From the NCBI GenBank assembly GCA_964344235.1, contig CAYFMJ010000001.1:224001-288000 (forward strand): a DNA stretch of 64,000 bases, given 5' to 3'. Below the pieces are notes generated by a model. It did no database searches. It was not told where the DNA came from and saw only the letters and a program-made list of their open reading frames with translations. A program made the position numbers and the translations under genes. Shown one piece after another: positions 37,696 to 46,941 of this stretch (positions are counted from its first letter, which is position 1; every line of letters starts with the position of its first letter). This DNA is from an uncultured Methanosarcinales archaeon (lineage in GTDB: Archaea > Nanobdellota > Nanobdellia > Woesearchaeales > GW2011-AR9).

Positions 37696-40066
37696 GTCTG
37701 GATTTTCTGATCTCAACTAGTGCTTGATAGCGACCAACAGTCCTTTCAAGAGGTTCTATATTGCCTATAGTAACTTCTCTTACCCCGTCAGCAAGACCAC
37801 TTGCGGCTCTAACATAGGTAATTACTGCTTCCCTTGCTGGCATATACTCTGGTGTTGCCAGTACGACTGCGTGACTGATTGCTGCTGCTCGTAAGTTTGC
37901 TGCAACTTTACCTTTAAGATCTGCCGCGATTACAGCACCGGCTTTAAACTCGTCTCTTGCGACTGATTCTGTTTTATCTAAGTAACGAGCAGGATTTCCT
38001 CTTACGGCAGAGGTGATCCCAATGGTCCCTTCTGCAAGATCTTCTAAGAGTCCAAATTCTGAAGGATCTTGTATTGTGCTTACAAATTCAAACCCTGCTT
38101 CAAAACCTTTTTGCAGTGGATCAACAGCATACAGGAATGTTCTTGCAGTTGTTGCTCGTTCCGTGTCTTCTGCATTAGAATATCTCTCTCGTGCAGATGC
38201 GAATGTGTCATATAGCTCTGCTCTTTTTTCCTCACCAGTTACTTCAACTAGTGAAACGAAGTCAGCGACATTTTCTGCTGTCAAATGACCATTCTCTAGA
38301 AGCCACTCAACATCTCTCCAAGCATCTCTCGTGGTTCTATCGTCTACTCGCCCTAGGTGTTTTGCTAGATAGACTGCGGCTTCTACTGATTCTGGTACTT
38401 TAACCTTTGCTTCACGGTAGATGGCCTCTGAAATTCTGTTATCTACATGACCTTCACCTAGTTTGTAACCTGCTAGGTCATCTTTCCAGGAAGTTTCAGG
38501 ATCTACAAGGTCTGATCTTCGTAGTGAGATCAAGTTTTCTGCATTGGCCACTGCTGCTGCTTTGTAGGATTGTCGGTCTCCGAATGCTTTTTTGTATAAG
38601 CTAAACAATGCTGCAGACGCGTCCAAACTTTCCTGTACTCCGTCATCTCCGAAGAGCGTTGCATTTGCTAGTTCAAATATTACCTCTGCTTTCTTTTCAG
38701 TTCCTACGTCTCTTTCGATTGAGCCGACTTTTTCGTGAACCGTTTTTGGATCGTACTGGCCAGTAATTATTCCACCAATGACTTCTAGTACTGACGGTAC
38801 AATAGAGTGCCTCTCGCCAGCCACTCTTTTGAAGAACTGGTATCCCGCTGAGATTGCTGAAGCACTTGGTTGAGCTGCGGTATCAAGTGTTGCTGCTTGT
38901 GCTGCTTGATCGACTGTTGATTGTTGTCCTTGAACCCTCCTTCTAAGAGCTCTGATATCGTCAGCAAGGGAATCACGTTCATCGATTTCGACCTCTTCGT
39001 CAGGGGCCGCAATAATATTACCTAAGTACAGTGCCCTCGCCTTTGCTTCTTGTACTCTCTCATAGATTGCTGTTATCACTGCCGCTTTAGGATCATCACC
39101 AAGAGCTCCTACAAAATTCTGAGGGCTGTCACCTCTTGCGATTGCCTCTAAGGCACATAGTGTCCAATCTCTTTTAGAAGGCGCCCCTTCTTCGGCTGTT
39201 TGTTGTGACCCTGCTAATGCAGCTTGATATCCTTCGTATCTTGTTCTTGTTTCCGCGTCTTCGATAGCGGCTATTGTTACTGCAGAACCTTCCTCCCCTT
39301 TGAGAATTGCTTCTGCTGCGGCAACCTGCTGCTCTAAATCTCGTACTTTTGCAGCGTTGCCATGCATCTCGACCAGGGCCTTATTTATTCCTTCATAGGC
39401 TGTTCGGTGATCTTCACCGTGATCTTTATCTGAGAACGGGTGTAATTCCCCTGGGTTACTGGCGATCTCAAAAAGAACGCCGACTCTCGCTGCTTGATCA
39501 TTGTAGTTTTGGTTCGCTGCAGCTAGCTCCTCTTCTAATTCTGGGACTCTGTCGGCAGTTTCTCTGGTTGCTTTCAGTCCTTTCATAAGATCTTCGTGAG
39601 CTCTCTGTTCGGGTGTTTCTAATGCAACATCTCCGTCGTTTTGTATACCTGATGCTAAGAAATCAGCGTCTGCTCGTGCGGCTTTATAATCATCTTCTGC
39701 TTGCTCCGCTCTTCCTTCTGCAAGGTCAACACGGTGTTCTAGTTCAGCAGAGTATACTCTTAAAGCGTCTAAATCACTTTGGTTTCTTGCACCGACTGCA
39801 GCTAGTGCTTTAACTCCTCTGTGGGCCATATGGGCATCACTAATAGCGTCAGTATCAAGTCGGCCATCTACAACTAAGTCTTTATAAGAATCAGGGATTT
39901 CACGAAGTCCTCCTGCGGGTCTCGGAATAGAACCGTCTCTTAGCCCCGTTCTAATTGCTTCCTGTAAATCTCTTCCCTCTAACCCTCGTAATTGTTCATG
40001 CAAGTCTGAATCTGCCATTGTAGTATCGTCTCCGTGTATATTATAATGAGAGTGCTCTATGAACAC
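37682..40066 (-). CDS. Large hypothetical Ala/Glu-rich helical protein (start may be 40018)
   Basis: 794-codon ORF, coiled-coil-like segments, no recognised motif. Confidence 0.6.
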   Translation of the reverse strand: MFIEHSHYNIHGDDTTMADSDLHEQLRGLEGRDLQEAIRTGLRDGSIPRPAGGLREIPDSYKDLVVDGRLDTDAISDAHMAHRGVKALAAVGARNQSDLDALRVYSAELEHRVDLAEGRAEQAEDDYKAARADADFLASGIQNDGDVALETPEQRAHEDLMKGLKATRETADRVPELEEELAAANQNYNDQAARVGVLFEIASNPGELHPFSDKDHGEDHRTAYEGINKALVEMHGNAAKVRDLEQQVAAAEAILKGEEGSAVTIAAIEDAETRTRYEGYQAALAGSQQTAEEGAPSKRDWTLCALEAIARGDSPQNFVGALGDDPKAAVITAIYERVQEAKARALYLGNIIAAPDEEVEIDERDSLADDIRALRRRVQGQQSTVDQAAQAATLDTAAQPSASAISAGYQFFKRVAGERHSIVPSVLEVIGGIITGQYDPKTVHEKVGSIERDVGTEKKAEVIFELANATLFGDDGVQESLDASAALFSLYKKAFGDRQSYKAAAVANAENLISLRRSDLVDPETSWKDDLAGYKLGEGHVDNRISEAIYREAKVKVPESVEAAVYLAKHLGRVDDRTTRDAWRDVEWLLENGHLTAENVADFVSLVEVTGEEKRAELYDTFASARERYSNAEDTERATTARTFLYAVDPLQKGFEAGFEFVSTIQDPSEFGLLEDLAEGTIGITSAVRGNPARYLDKTESVARDEFKAGAVIAADLKGKVAANLRAAAISHAVVLATPEYMPAREAVITYVRAASGLADGVREVTIGNIEPLERTVGRYQALVEIRKSRPKTN

Positions 40067-40167
40067 TTCTCTTACTCGGGAGAACGGTTATTTATAAATC
40101 TTTTGAATGTTTGACTCCTCTCGAGTGGTCACTATCTTTTATGAACGGCCTCTGGTTTCGTTATGGT

Positions 40168-41076
40168 ATGAAGCATTCTGTGAAAGTAACGTTGATTCTA
40201 CTGCTGCTGTTTTTGATGGCACAATTTATTGGATTGGGGGTTGTGTACAGTTATATTGATACTGAACAGACTGCAGCTACGGGGGAAACGGTGTTTGAAG
40301 AATTGCCAATTGGGGAAAGACCTCCGGTGGAGGAAAGAACATCCTATCTGCCAATTTTATTGGCAATTATTATTGGGACAATTGTTATGTTGTTGCTAGC
40401 AAAGTATAAGTTGCAGAAATTTTGGAAAGTTTGGTTTGTATTTGCGGTAGTAATTGCGTTAACGGTGGCGTTTGGTGCGTTTCTGCCAGCGATTATCGCA
40501 TTTATTATTGGGTTAGTGTTAGGGGCCTGGAAAATCTTTCGCCCTCACTTGTACATCCACACGTTTACAGAACTATTTATCTATGGTGGGTTGGCAGCAA
40601 TTTTTGTTCCGTTGCTAAATTTGTGGTCGGTTAGCGTGTTGTTAGTGCTAATTGCGATTTATGATATGTATGCGGTGTGGAAATCGGGGCATATGGTAAA
40701 ACTTGCAAAGTCACAAACGAAGCAGGGTGTGTTTGCTGGTTTGTTAGTGCCATATAAATTACCACAAAAACCGTCAAAGAAAACAGTTAAGAAGACTGCA
40801 GCTAAAGTTGTTGCTAAAAGTAAAAAAGTTCCTCAGAAAATACGAACAGCAATTCTTGGTGGAGGCGATATTGGCTTCCCATTAATTTTTGCAGGGGTTA
40901 TATTGAAGGAAATCGGATTGTGGCAGTCGTTAATTATTCCTTTCTTTGCGTTAGCAGGTTTAGCGTTATTATTATGGAAAGCTGAAAAGAAGAAGTTCTA
41001 CCCTGCAATGCCGTTTATTGGATTGGGATGTTTTGTTGGGCTGGGAGTTGTGTGGTTGGTGAGTTTATTGTTGTGA
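40168..41076 (+). CDS. Presenilin/SPP-family intramembrane aspartyl protease
   Basis: YD (IYDMYAVW), LGGGD, PAMPF motifs; multi-TM. Confidence 0.9.
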   Translation: MKHSVKVTLILLLLFLMAQFIGLGVVYSYIDTEQTAATGETVFEELPIGERPPVEERTSYLPILLAIIIGTIVMLLLAKYKLQKFWKVWFVFAVVIALTVAFGAFLPAIIAFIIGLVLGAWKIFRPHLYIHTFTELFIYGGLAAIFVPLLNLWSVSVLLVLIAIYDMYAVWKSGHMVKLAKSQTKQGVFAGLLVPYKLPQKPSKKTVKKTAAKVVAKSKKVPQKIRTAILGGGDIGFPLIFAGVILKEIGLWQSLIIPFFALAGLALLLWKAEKKKFYPAMPFIGLGCFVGLGVVWLVSLLL

Positions 41077-41143
41077 TTTCTCTGCTTTGATATATTTATT
41101 TGATGCAATAAAACGTTAAAAAGTAGTGGTCTCGTGAGTATGT

Positions 41144-41542
41144 ATGAATCGTCTAGAGAAAGTGTATCTGTTTTGTGGCTCTTTGTTTCTCCCTTTTCTT
41201 TTTTATCGAATTTATGTTTTTCTTAACGGCGGTAAGGTTTCGTTCTTACGTGGTTTGACTGGACTGAAGGTTCACCATTATCATTACGGAGTTTTTCTCA
41301 TTACTGTTGTAGTATTGCTGTTGTTGTTCTATAAATTGTCTAAAATAATAGTTGTGCTGGCTGGTTTAGGCATAGGGACGATGCTTGATAGTTTTATTTC
41401 TTCTTTATTTAGGAGCTCGTCACGTGCCGGAGAAATTGTTAATTATAATACCGCACTTATTCCAACTTTGCTATTATTGCTGGGAGTTACGTTGCTGGCT
41501 GTTGCGCTTTCTAGAAATAGTTCTAATCAAACCCACGAATAG
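41144..41542 (+). CDS. Small hypothetical membrane protein
   Basis: Four hydrophobic segments, HHYHYG motif. Confidence 0.55.
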   Translation: MNRLEKVYLFCGSLFLPFLFYRIYVFLNGGKVSFLRGLTGLKVHHYHYGVFLITVVVLLLLFYKLSKIIVVLAGLGIGTMLDSFISSLFRSSSRAGEIVNYNTALIPTLLLLLGVTLLAVALSRNSSNQTHE

Positions 41543-42329
41543 GGGATTTGTATTTTACGTACCCACCAGCTGCTAACGATAATCCATCACGGGCAGCAAT
41601 GGTTTGTACGCCAGTGAGTCTCTGAATTTCTCTTGCTTGTTGTAATGGGTCTGCTTTTAACATTTCTAAGCCAAAATGGGTGATGATCGCAACCCTCGGT
41701 CGAACTTTGGAAACAATCTTGATTGCTGATTCTGTGTCGAGGTTAAGACCCTTACCCTCTTTACCGGGAAATGGTACGTTCATGATGAGGATGTCAGTTC
41801 CAGTAAGACTTTCCATTAGCTCATCTGTAAGAATTGTGTCTCCCGTATAGGCAAGTGTAAATTTAGGGCAGAATAATTTGAATCCAACTGCGTGTGGATC
41901 TGTGTGTTTTACAGGGAGTGCGTTGATTTGAACTAACTCAATCCCAATTTTGTGGTTCTGTTCTATGGGAATAATTCGTTCTGGTAATTTTTGATGATGC
42001 TTTGTTAAGATTGGGTTATTTTCTTCAGATGCTTGTAAGACAGACTTGCTCGCTAAAACAATACCCCTCTGTTCGATGCCGCCGTGAGTCATCGCATCCA
42101 CAACAGCGTTGAGGTCATTACAATGGTTGATGTGGTTATGTGATACTAGGACTGCAGTTGTATGGTGGAGATTGACTCCATATTCTTTCGCTTTCACCAA
42201 CGCACCCGGGCCGGGATCGAGATGGAACTGGAGGTCTTCTACTTGTACGATTATGCCGCCTGATGCACAGAGTTGCCTACTGACAACTGCGGGTGAGCCG
42301 GCAGTGCCTAAGAAAATAATACGAGACAT
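41523..42329 (-). CDS. Metallo-beta-lactamase-fold hydrolase
   Basis: FLGTAG, LDPGPG, SHNHINH, HTD, YTGDT, ITHF. Confidence 0.88.
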   Translation of the reverse strand: MSRIIFLGTAGSPAVVSRQLCASGGIIVQVEDLQFHLDPGPGALVKAKEYGVNLHHTTAVLVSHNHINHCNDLNAVVDAMTHGGIEQRGIVLASKSVLQASEENNPILTKHHQKLPERIIPIEQNHKIGIELVQINALPVKHTDPHAVGFKLFCPKFTLAYTGDTILTDELMESLTGTDILIMNVPFPGKEGKGLNLDTESAIKIVSKVRPRVAIITHFGLEMLKADPLQQAREIQRLTGVQTIAARDGLSLAAGGYVKYKSPIRGFD

Positions 42330-42403
42330 GCTATTTTGGGGTAAAAAGTGTTAATAAAGATTATTGTGGTTGGATAGTTGGGTTGGTGTGTTCTTTTCAG
42401 TAT

Positions 42404-42531
42404 GTGGGAAGACCCTACTCCGGAGACAAGAACCCCCTCACTCTGTAAGAGGAACCTTGTATCCTCCGCCTGGTCATGCCATCATTGTCTTTGACAATAA
42501 TGACATTGATGACACAGACGGGTCTTTCCAC
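42404..42531 (-). ncRNA. Candidate three-way-junction RNA, copy 2 (outer stem may extend to 42377-42540)
   Basis: 12-bp P1 GTGGGAAGACCC/GGGTCTTTCCAC; arms equivalent to 6003-6126 with compensatory changes. Confidence 0.6.
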
Positions 42532-42592
42532 TCACCTAACGTTTCATAATCTTTAAAAGATTGGTTTTTGGCTAGGGTTTAGGGGGAAAACT

Positions 42593-44215
42593 ATGTCAAA
42601 TAATGTGCAACCGATTTTTATCATGCCGGAAGATACACAACGAACTACTGGAAAAGACGCGCAGCGCAACAATATAGCGGCAGCGAAAGCAGTAGCACAA
42701 GCTGTTCGGACAACTCTTGGACCAAAGGGAATGGATAAAATGATTGTTGATGCCGCTGGAGAAGTTGTAGTCACGAATGATGGGGTAACGATATTGCAGG
42801 AGATGCAGATTGAACATCCTGCTGCGAAGATGATTGTTGAAGTTGCGAAGACACAAGAAAATGCTGTGGGAGATGGTACCACAACGGCAGTTGTGCTGGC
42901 TGGGGAATTATTGAAGAAAGCTGAGGATTTATTGGATCAGGAGATTCATCCAACCGTTCTTGCGAAAGGTTATCGGTTGGCGGAAGTGGAAGCGCAGAAA
43001 GTGTTGCAGCAGATTGCCCGTGCAGTGAACCCGCAGCAACATGATGTGTTGAAGAATATTGCAATCACCGCCATGACTGGGAAAGGAGCAGAAGCAAATA
43101 AAGAGCAATTAGCTGAGTTGGTTGTGCAATCGGTTACAGACGTTGCAGATTCTTCTAATGAGTCTGTTACGGTGGATTTAGATAATATTAAGATTGAAAC
43201 GAAAGCAGGAGAGGCTGTTGATACTAGTACTTTGATTCGAGGGGTTGTGTTGGATAAAGAACGAGTGCATCCAACAATGCCAACGCAGGTGGAAAATGCA
43301 GCAGTGTTATTGTTGAATGCCCCTCTCGAAATTAAAAATACAGAGATCGATGCAAAGATTCAAATCACTGATCCGACACAATTACAAGCATTTCTTGACC
43401 AGGAAGAGAGAACGTTGCGAGAGATGGTTGAGAAAGTGAAAAGTGTTGGAGCGCGTGTTGTGTTATGTCAGAAAGGAATTGATGAGTTAGCGCAGCATTT
43501 CTTGGCGAAAGTGGGAATTCTGGCGGTGAGAAGAGTGCGCAAGAGTGATTTAGAAAAACTTGCAAAAGCAACTGGTGGGTCTATAGTGAATAATCTACGG
43601 GAATTGCAGTCAACAGACTTAGGGAGAGCGGGTTTAGTACGAGAGATAAAAGTTGGTGATGAAGAGATGATCTTCGTTGAACAATGTCCAAATCCAAAAG
43701 CCGTTACACTATTACTCCGAGGAGGAACAGAGCATGTTGCTGAGGAGATTAAGCGAGCCGTCACAGATGCGTTGGGGGATGTTGCAGCGGCTTTGAGAGA
43801 GGGAAAAGTTGTTGCAGGAGCAGGTTCTGTAGAGATGGAAATTGCAAAGGGGCTGCGGAATTATGCAAGACAGTTACAAGGGAGAGAACAATTGGCAGTG
43901 CAAGCATTTGCAGAAGCGATGGAAGTTATTCCAAGAACATTAGCAGAGAATGCTGGTTTAGATCCGATTGACGTGTTAACTTCATTACGATCAGTACACG
44001 ATCAGGGCCAAACGTGGTCAGGAATTAATGTGTTTACGGGGAATGTTATGGATGCGTGGCAGGAAGGAGTTTTGGAACCGTTGAAGATTAAGACACAAGC
44101 GCTTTCTTCAGCTGCTGAAGTGGCTGAAATGATTTTGAGAATTGATGATGTGATTCTTGGTGCGAGTAATGCAGCACCTCCTCGCATGCCACCGCAGGTG
44201 CAAGGGTTGATGTGA
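42593..44215 (+). CDS. Thermosome subunit (group II chaperonin)
   Basis: [44 protein letters not shown]. Confidence 0.97.
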   Translation: MSNNVQPIFIMPEDTQRTTGKDAQRNNIAAAKAVAQAVRTTLGPKGMDKMIVDAAGEVVVTNDGVTILQEMQIEHPAAKMIVEVAKTQENAVGDGTTTAVVLAGELLKKAEDLLDQEIHPTVLAKGYRLAEVEAQKVLQQIARAVNPQQHDVLKNIAITAMTGKGAEANKEQLAELVVQSVTDVADSSNESVTVDLDNIKIETKAGEAVDTSTLIRGVVLDKERVHPTMPTQVENAAVLLLNAPLEIKNTEIDAKIQITDPTQLQAFLDQEERTLREMVEKVKSVGARVVLCQKGIDELAQHFLAKVGILAVRRVRKSDLEKLAKATGGSIVNNLRELQSTDLGRAGLVREIKVGDEEMIFVEQCPNPKAVTLLLRGGTEHVAEEIKRAVTDALGDVAAALREGKVVAGAGSVEMEIAKGLRNYARQLQGREQLAVQAFAEAMEVIPRTLAENAGLDPIDVLTSLRSVHDQGQTWSGINVFTGNVMDAWQEGVLEPLKIKTQALSSAAEVAEMILRIDDVILGASNAAPPRMPPQVQGLM

Positions 44216-44256
44216 AGTTCAAAAGACTTTTAAACAAAATTTGTTTCTTATGATTT

Positions 44257-45726
44257 ATGTCCTTAACTAACCTTATTAGTATTTTACGTGTTCTGACCCT
44301 TCCAGCGTTGCTATACTTCTTAGGAAATGATTCGTTATTCTCAACGTTCTGGGCGTTGGTTGTTTTTTTTATTGCAGTCTTAACGGCAGTGGTTGATGAT
44401 ATTCTATTCTATAAACGAGGAAGATCGAAAGTAGGTTCGTTTCTTGATCCATTAGCGGATAAAATTGTCATTGTAGGGATGTTGTTATACTTCGTTTTAC
44501 AAGGAATGTTTGAAGCAGTTTATTTAGTCGTCTTCATTTTACGTGACGTTATTGTTGGTGTTACTCGTTTTGTGGCGAATAGAGATGGCATTATGGTTCG
44601 GGGGAGAAGGTTGTATGTGTTGCTCTTAACATACTCTCTGTTTGCAGTCATTGCGGGGTTGTTGTTGGAACATTTCTTCACATTTGAGGGTTTCACCGTT
44701 GGCGGGAGATTAATCTTTACGCAAACTATTATTCTCTTTTTCACATTTGTGGCGCTTATTGTTGCGTTTATTTCAGTGCTTCATCATTTATTGAGATACA
44801 GCCGAGGTGCTATGCGGCGGAGGCATTACAAAAGAGTTGCAAATAGAAATATGGTGGTGTTGGCGAATAAGCGATCTCGCGGATACCACGATGGGTACAG
44901 AAGAAGATTATTGAAACTGTTTGCCAGACGGCGGAACGCCCCGGTGATGTTTTTTCCCCATACAAGAAATATGTTCAAAGGGTTACGTAACAAAGTAGCC
45001 GGGAAGAATCGTATAGTTATTGCAGGTGGTGACGGATCATTTGAGAGTGCATTGAATTACAAACCGTTTCACAAGAAGACATTGGGATTCTTTCCATTAG
45101 GTGCCGGGAATGCATTCTATTCCCATTTCTACAAGGGTAAACGGTTCGAATATTTACGGTCGAGGTTCCAGTTTCATGAACAAGAATTAGACGTATTAGA
45201 AATGACTTGGGATAAAGGGAAGAGACAGACGTTATTTCTAAATATTGGTGGTGACGCAGAAGTTATGCACCATAGTGTGAAAAGAACACAACATGGATTG
45301 AGAGATTATGTAAAAGCCTGCTGGAAAGTTATAGTGGATGTTCCAGTACAGTATGATTTGAATTGTAGTGTCGATGGGAAAAAGTATAACTGGAAGAACT
45401 CAGTAAGTATGGTATTAGCTAAAGTCCCCTATTTAGGTTTTGGTATACGTTCCATACCCGGTGAAGTTGATTTAGGTGATGGGCAGGTTTATGGTGCTGC
45501 AGTTGTGAATACTCATTCTTCATTTTTTAACAAAGGGATAAGAATTTGGGCTTTATTGTTAGGGATGTTTAACATTGATAAATCACCATTTGTTTTATTA
45601 CAGGGTAAGAAAATTGTTATCAAAAGTAAGCACCCATTTCCAATTCAAGCAGGAGGGGAATTTATTGGGTATAGCAGGTCTCTTTCCGTGAAAGTTGTGA
45701 GGAAGCAGAAAGTATTGATGATTTGA
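44257..45726 (+). CDS. Fusion: CDP-alcohol phosphatidyltransferase-like domain plus diacylglycerol-kinase-family domain
   Basis: TNLISILR and GSFLDPLADK at the N-terminus; GGDGS and PLGAGNAF at the C-terminus. Confidence 0.8.
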   Translation: MSLTNLISILRVLTLPALLYFLGNDSLFSTFWALVVFFIAVLTAVVDDILFYKRGRSKVGSFLDPLADKIVIVGMLLYFVLQGMFEAVYLVVFILRDVIVGVTRFVANRDGIMVRGRRLYVLLLTYSLFAVIAGLLLEHFFTFEGFTVGGRLIFTQTIILFFTFVALIVAFISVLHHLLRYSRGAMRRRHYKRVANRNMVVLANKRSRGYHDGYRRRLLKLFARRRNAPVMFFPHTRNMFKGLRNKVAGKNRIVIAGGDGSFESALNYKPFHKKTLGFFPLGAGNAFYSHFYKGKRFEYLRSRFQFHEQELDVLEMTWDKGKRQTLFLNIGGDAEVMHHSVKRTQHGLRDYVKACWKVIVDVPVQYDLNCSVDGKKYNWKNSVSMVLAKVPYLGFGIRSIPGEVDLGDGQVYGAAVVNTHSSFFNKGIRIWALLLGMFNIDKSPFVLLQGKKIVIKSKHPFPIQAGGEFIGYSRSLSVKVVRKQKVLMI

Positions 45727-45728
45727 AC

Positions 45729-45767
45729 CACTAGCCACTGGACAAGTGCCAATAGGGGTTATAAATC
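45729..45767 (+). promoter_or_regulatory. CACTAGCCACTGGACAA-N14-TATAAATC upstream element, copy 1
   Basis: Identical 17-mer and identical spacing at 53625-53587 on the minus strand. Confidence 0.75.
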
Positions 45768-45811
45768 CTTTTCTATTACTAAGTGTTCATATTTCTAATT
45801 AATCGGGAAAT

Positions 45812-46546
45812 ATGAAACTTAATAAAATGGAATGTGAAGATTTAGCCTACTGGGTTGGTGTTGCTCAAACTGATGGGTACCATAAAAAATACTTGCCAAA
45901 AAACCAAAATAATGTAACTCATTCCATGGTTCTACATGTGGGGTTCTGTTCAATTCCAATGCTTATTAAATTTAGGGAAATCTCAAGAAGCTTATTCCAA
46001 ATAAAAGGATCGACATATAGTGTTAACGGAAATAATTCCCTCGTCTTTAAATTTGGAATCACTAGGCTTCTTAATTTATTTAATGAACTTGACATTATTT
46101 TCTCCGACCCTCCACAACCACCTTTGTGGGTTATGAAGAATTCAACTTTCTTTGGGGCTTACTTGGCAGGGATTATTGACGGTGATGGGGATGTAAGGAT
46201 AAAACGACCGAGGTATCCTCAATGTGCAATAAGGATTAACTCAGGTTCTCCAGCAAACCATTTGTTAAGTGCAATCAAATCCAAACTTGGGATTGGGGCT
46301 TCACTTTCAACAAATCACCGTGATACGGTCTATCAAGGGAGGAGGATCATTGGACGCTCACATCGGCTCGAGTTTTATGTTTCGTCAAAGAATATTGATT
46401 TCTTTGAGCGATACGTTTTAGACCATTTAGCAATGGGGTACAAGAGGAAGAAAATTAGAGATTATGTCCAGGTCCGCAAAATCACGAAACATTTAAATAA
46501 AAAAATCTGGCTTAACGGAGCTTGCGGCGACCGTCGTATAAACTAA
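45812..46546 (+). CDS. Two-motif LAGLIDADG endonuclease-family protein
   Basis: LAYWVGVAQTDG and YLAGIIDGDG. Confidence 0.88.
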   Translation: MKLNKMECEDLAYWVGVAQTDGYHKKYLPKNQNNVTHSMVLHVGFCSIPMLIKFREISRSLFQIKGSTYSVNGNNSLVFKFGITRLLNLFNELDIIFSDPPQPPLWVMKNSTFFGAYLAGIIDGDGDVRIKRPRYPQCAIRINSGSPANHLLSAIKSKLGIGASLSTNHRDTVYQGRRIIGRSHRLEFYVSSKNIDFFERYVLDHLAMGYKRKKIRDYVQVRKITKHLNKKIWLNGACGDRRIN

Positions 46547-46640
46547 TCAACAATGTTGTTTAGATACTTTGGTTATTATTCCGGACTGTGGAATACTTTG
46601 CAGTCATCCGGGGACGCGAGTTCAATTCTCGCCGGTCGCC
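46526..46640 (+). tRNA. tRNA-His(GUG) with G-1:C73 and two BHB introns (46542-46569 at 15/16; 46592-46605 at 37/38); CCA not encoded
   Basis: Acceptor GCGACCG/CGGTCGC, T arm GCGAG-TTCAATT-CTCGC, anticodon stem CCGGA/TCCGG; removing both introns gives GTATAATGGTTA and CTGTGGA; TTTAAATA upstream. Confidence 0.85.
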
Positions 46641-46643
46641 CTC

Positions 46644-46650
46644 TTTTTTT
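46644..46650 (+). terminator. Oligo-T terminator after tRNA-His 1
   Basis: Seven T immediately 3' of the tRNA. Confidence 0.5.
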
Positions 46651-46807
46651 ACAAAAGTATTAAATAAAAGCGGTTTTTTCTAGAGGTTATGACAACACAA
46701 ACCAGAGTTGATTGTATTCATTGTTCGCAATGATTTCTCTAGTTGTCAGTCTGTTTTTCTAAATCAAAATCATCATCGGTAGAGCAAATGCTCCACCCAT
46801 TTTTTAT

Positions 46808-46904
46808 GCTTGCGGTAGTGTTAGTGGTGAGCACGCACGACTGTGATGATATTCTTTTTCTTCATAGAACTCGTGAAGCAGGAGTTCGAATCTCCTCCGC
46901 AGGC
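46808..46904 (+). tRNA. Second tRNA-His(GUG), G-1:C73, C1:G72, BHB intron 46847-46869 at 37/38; CCA not encoded
   Basis: Acceptor CTTGCGG/CCGCAGG, D stem GTGT/GCAC, anticodon stem CACGA/TCGTG, T arm AGGAG-TTCGAAT-CTCCT; CTGT pairs with intron ATAG between 3-nt bulges. Confidence 0.85.
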
Positions 46905-46941
46905 CTGAGTCGTCTGGACTTAAAGCAGGGAGATTAAGAAA

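Noticed and set aside
42364-42549. 61-aa ORF in the track
   Set aside because: Coincides with the structured element; no coding signal
46743-46937. 64-aa ORF in the track
   Set aside because: Overlaps the second tRNA-His; no protein motif
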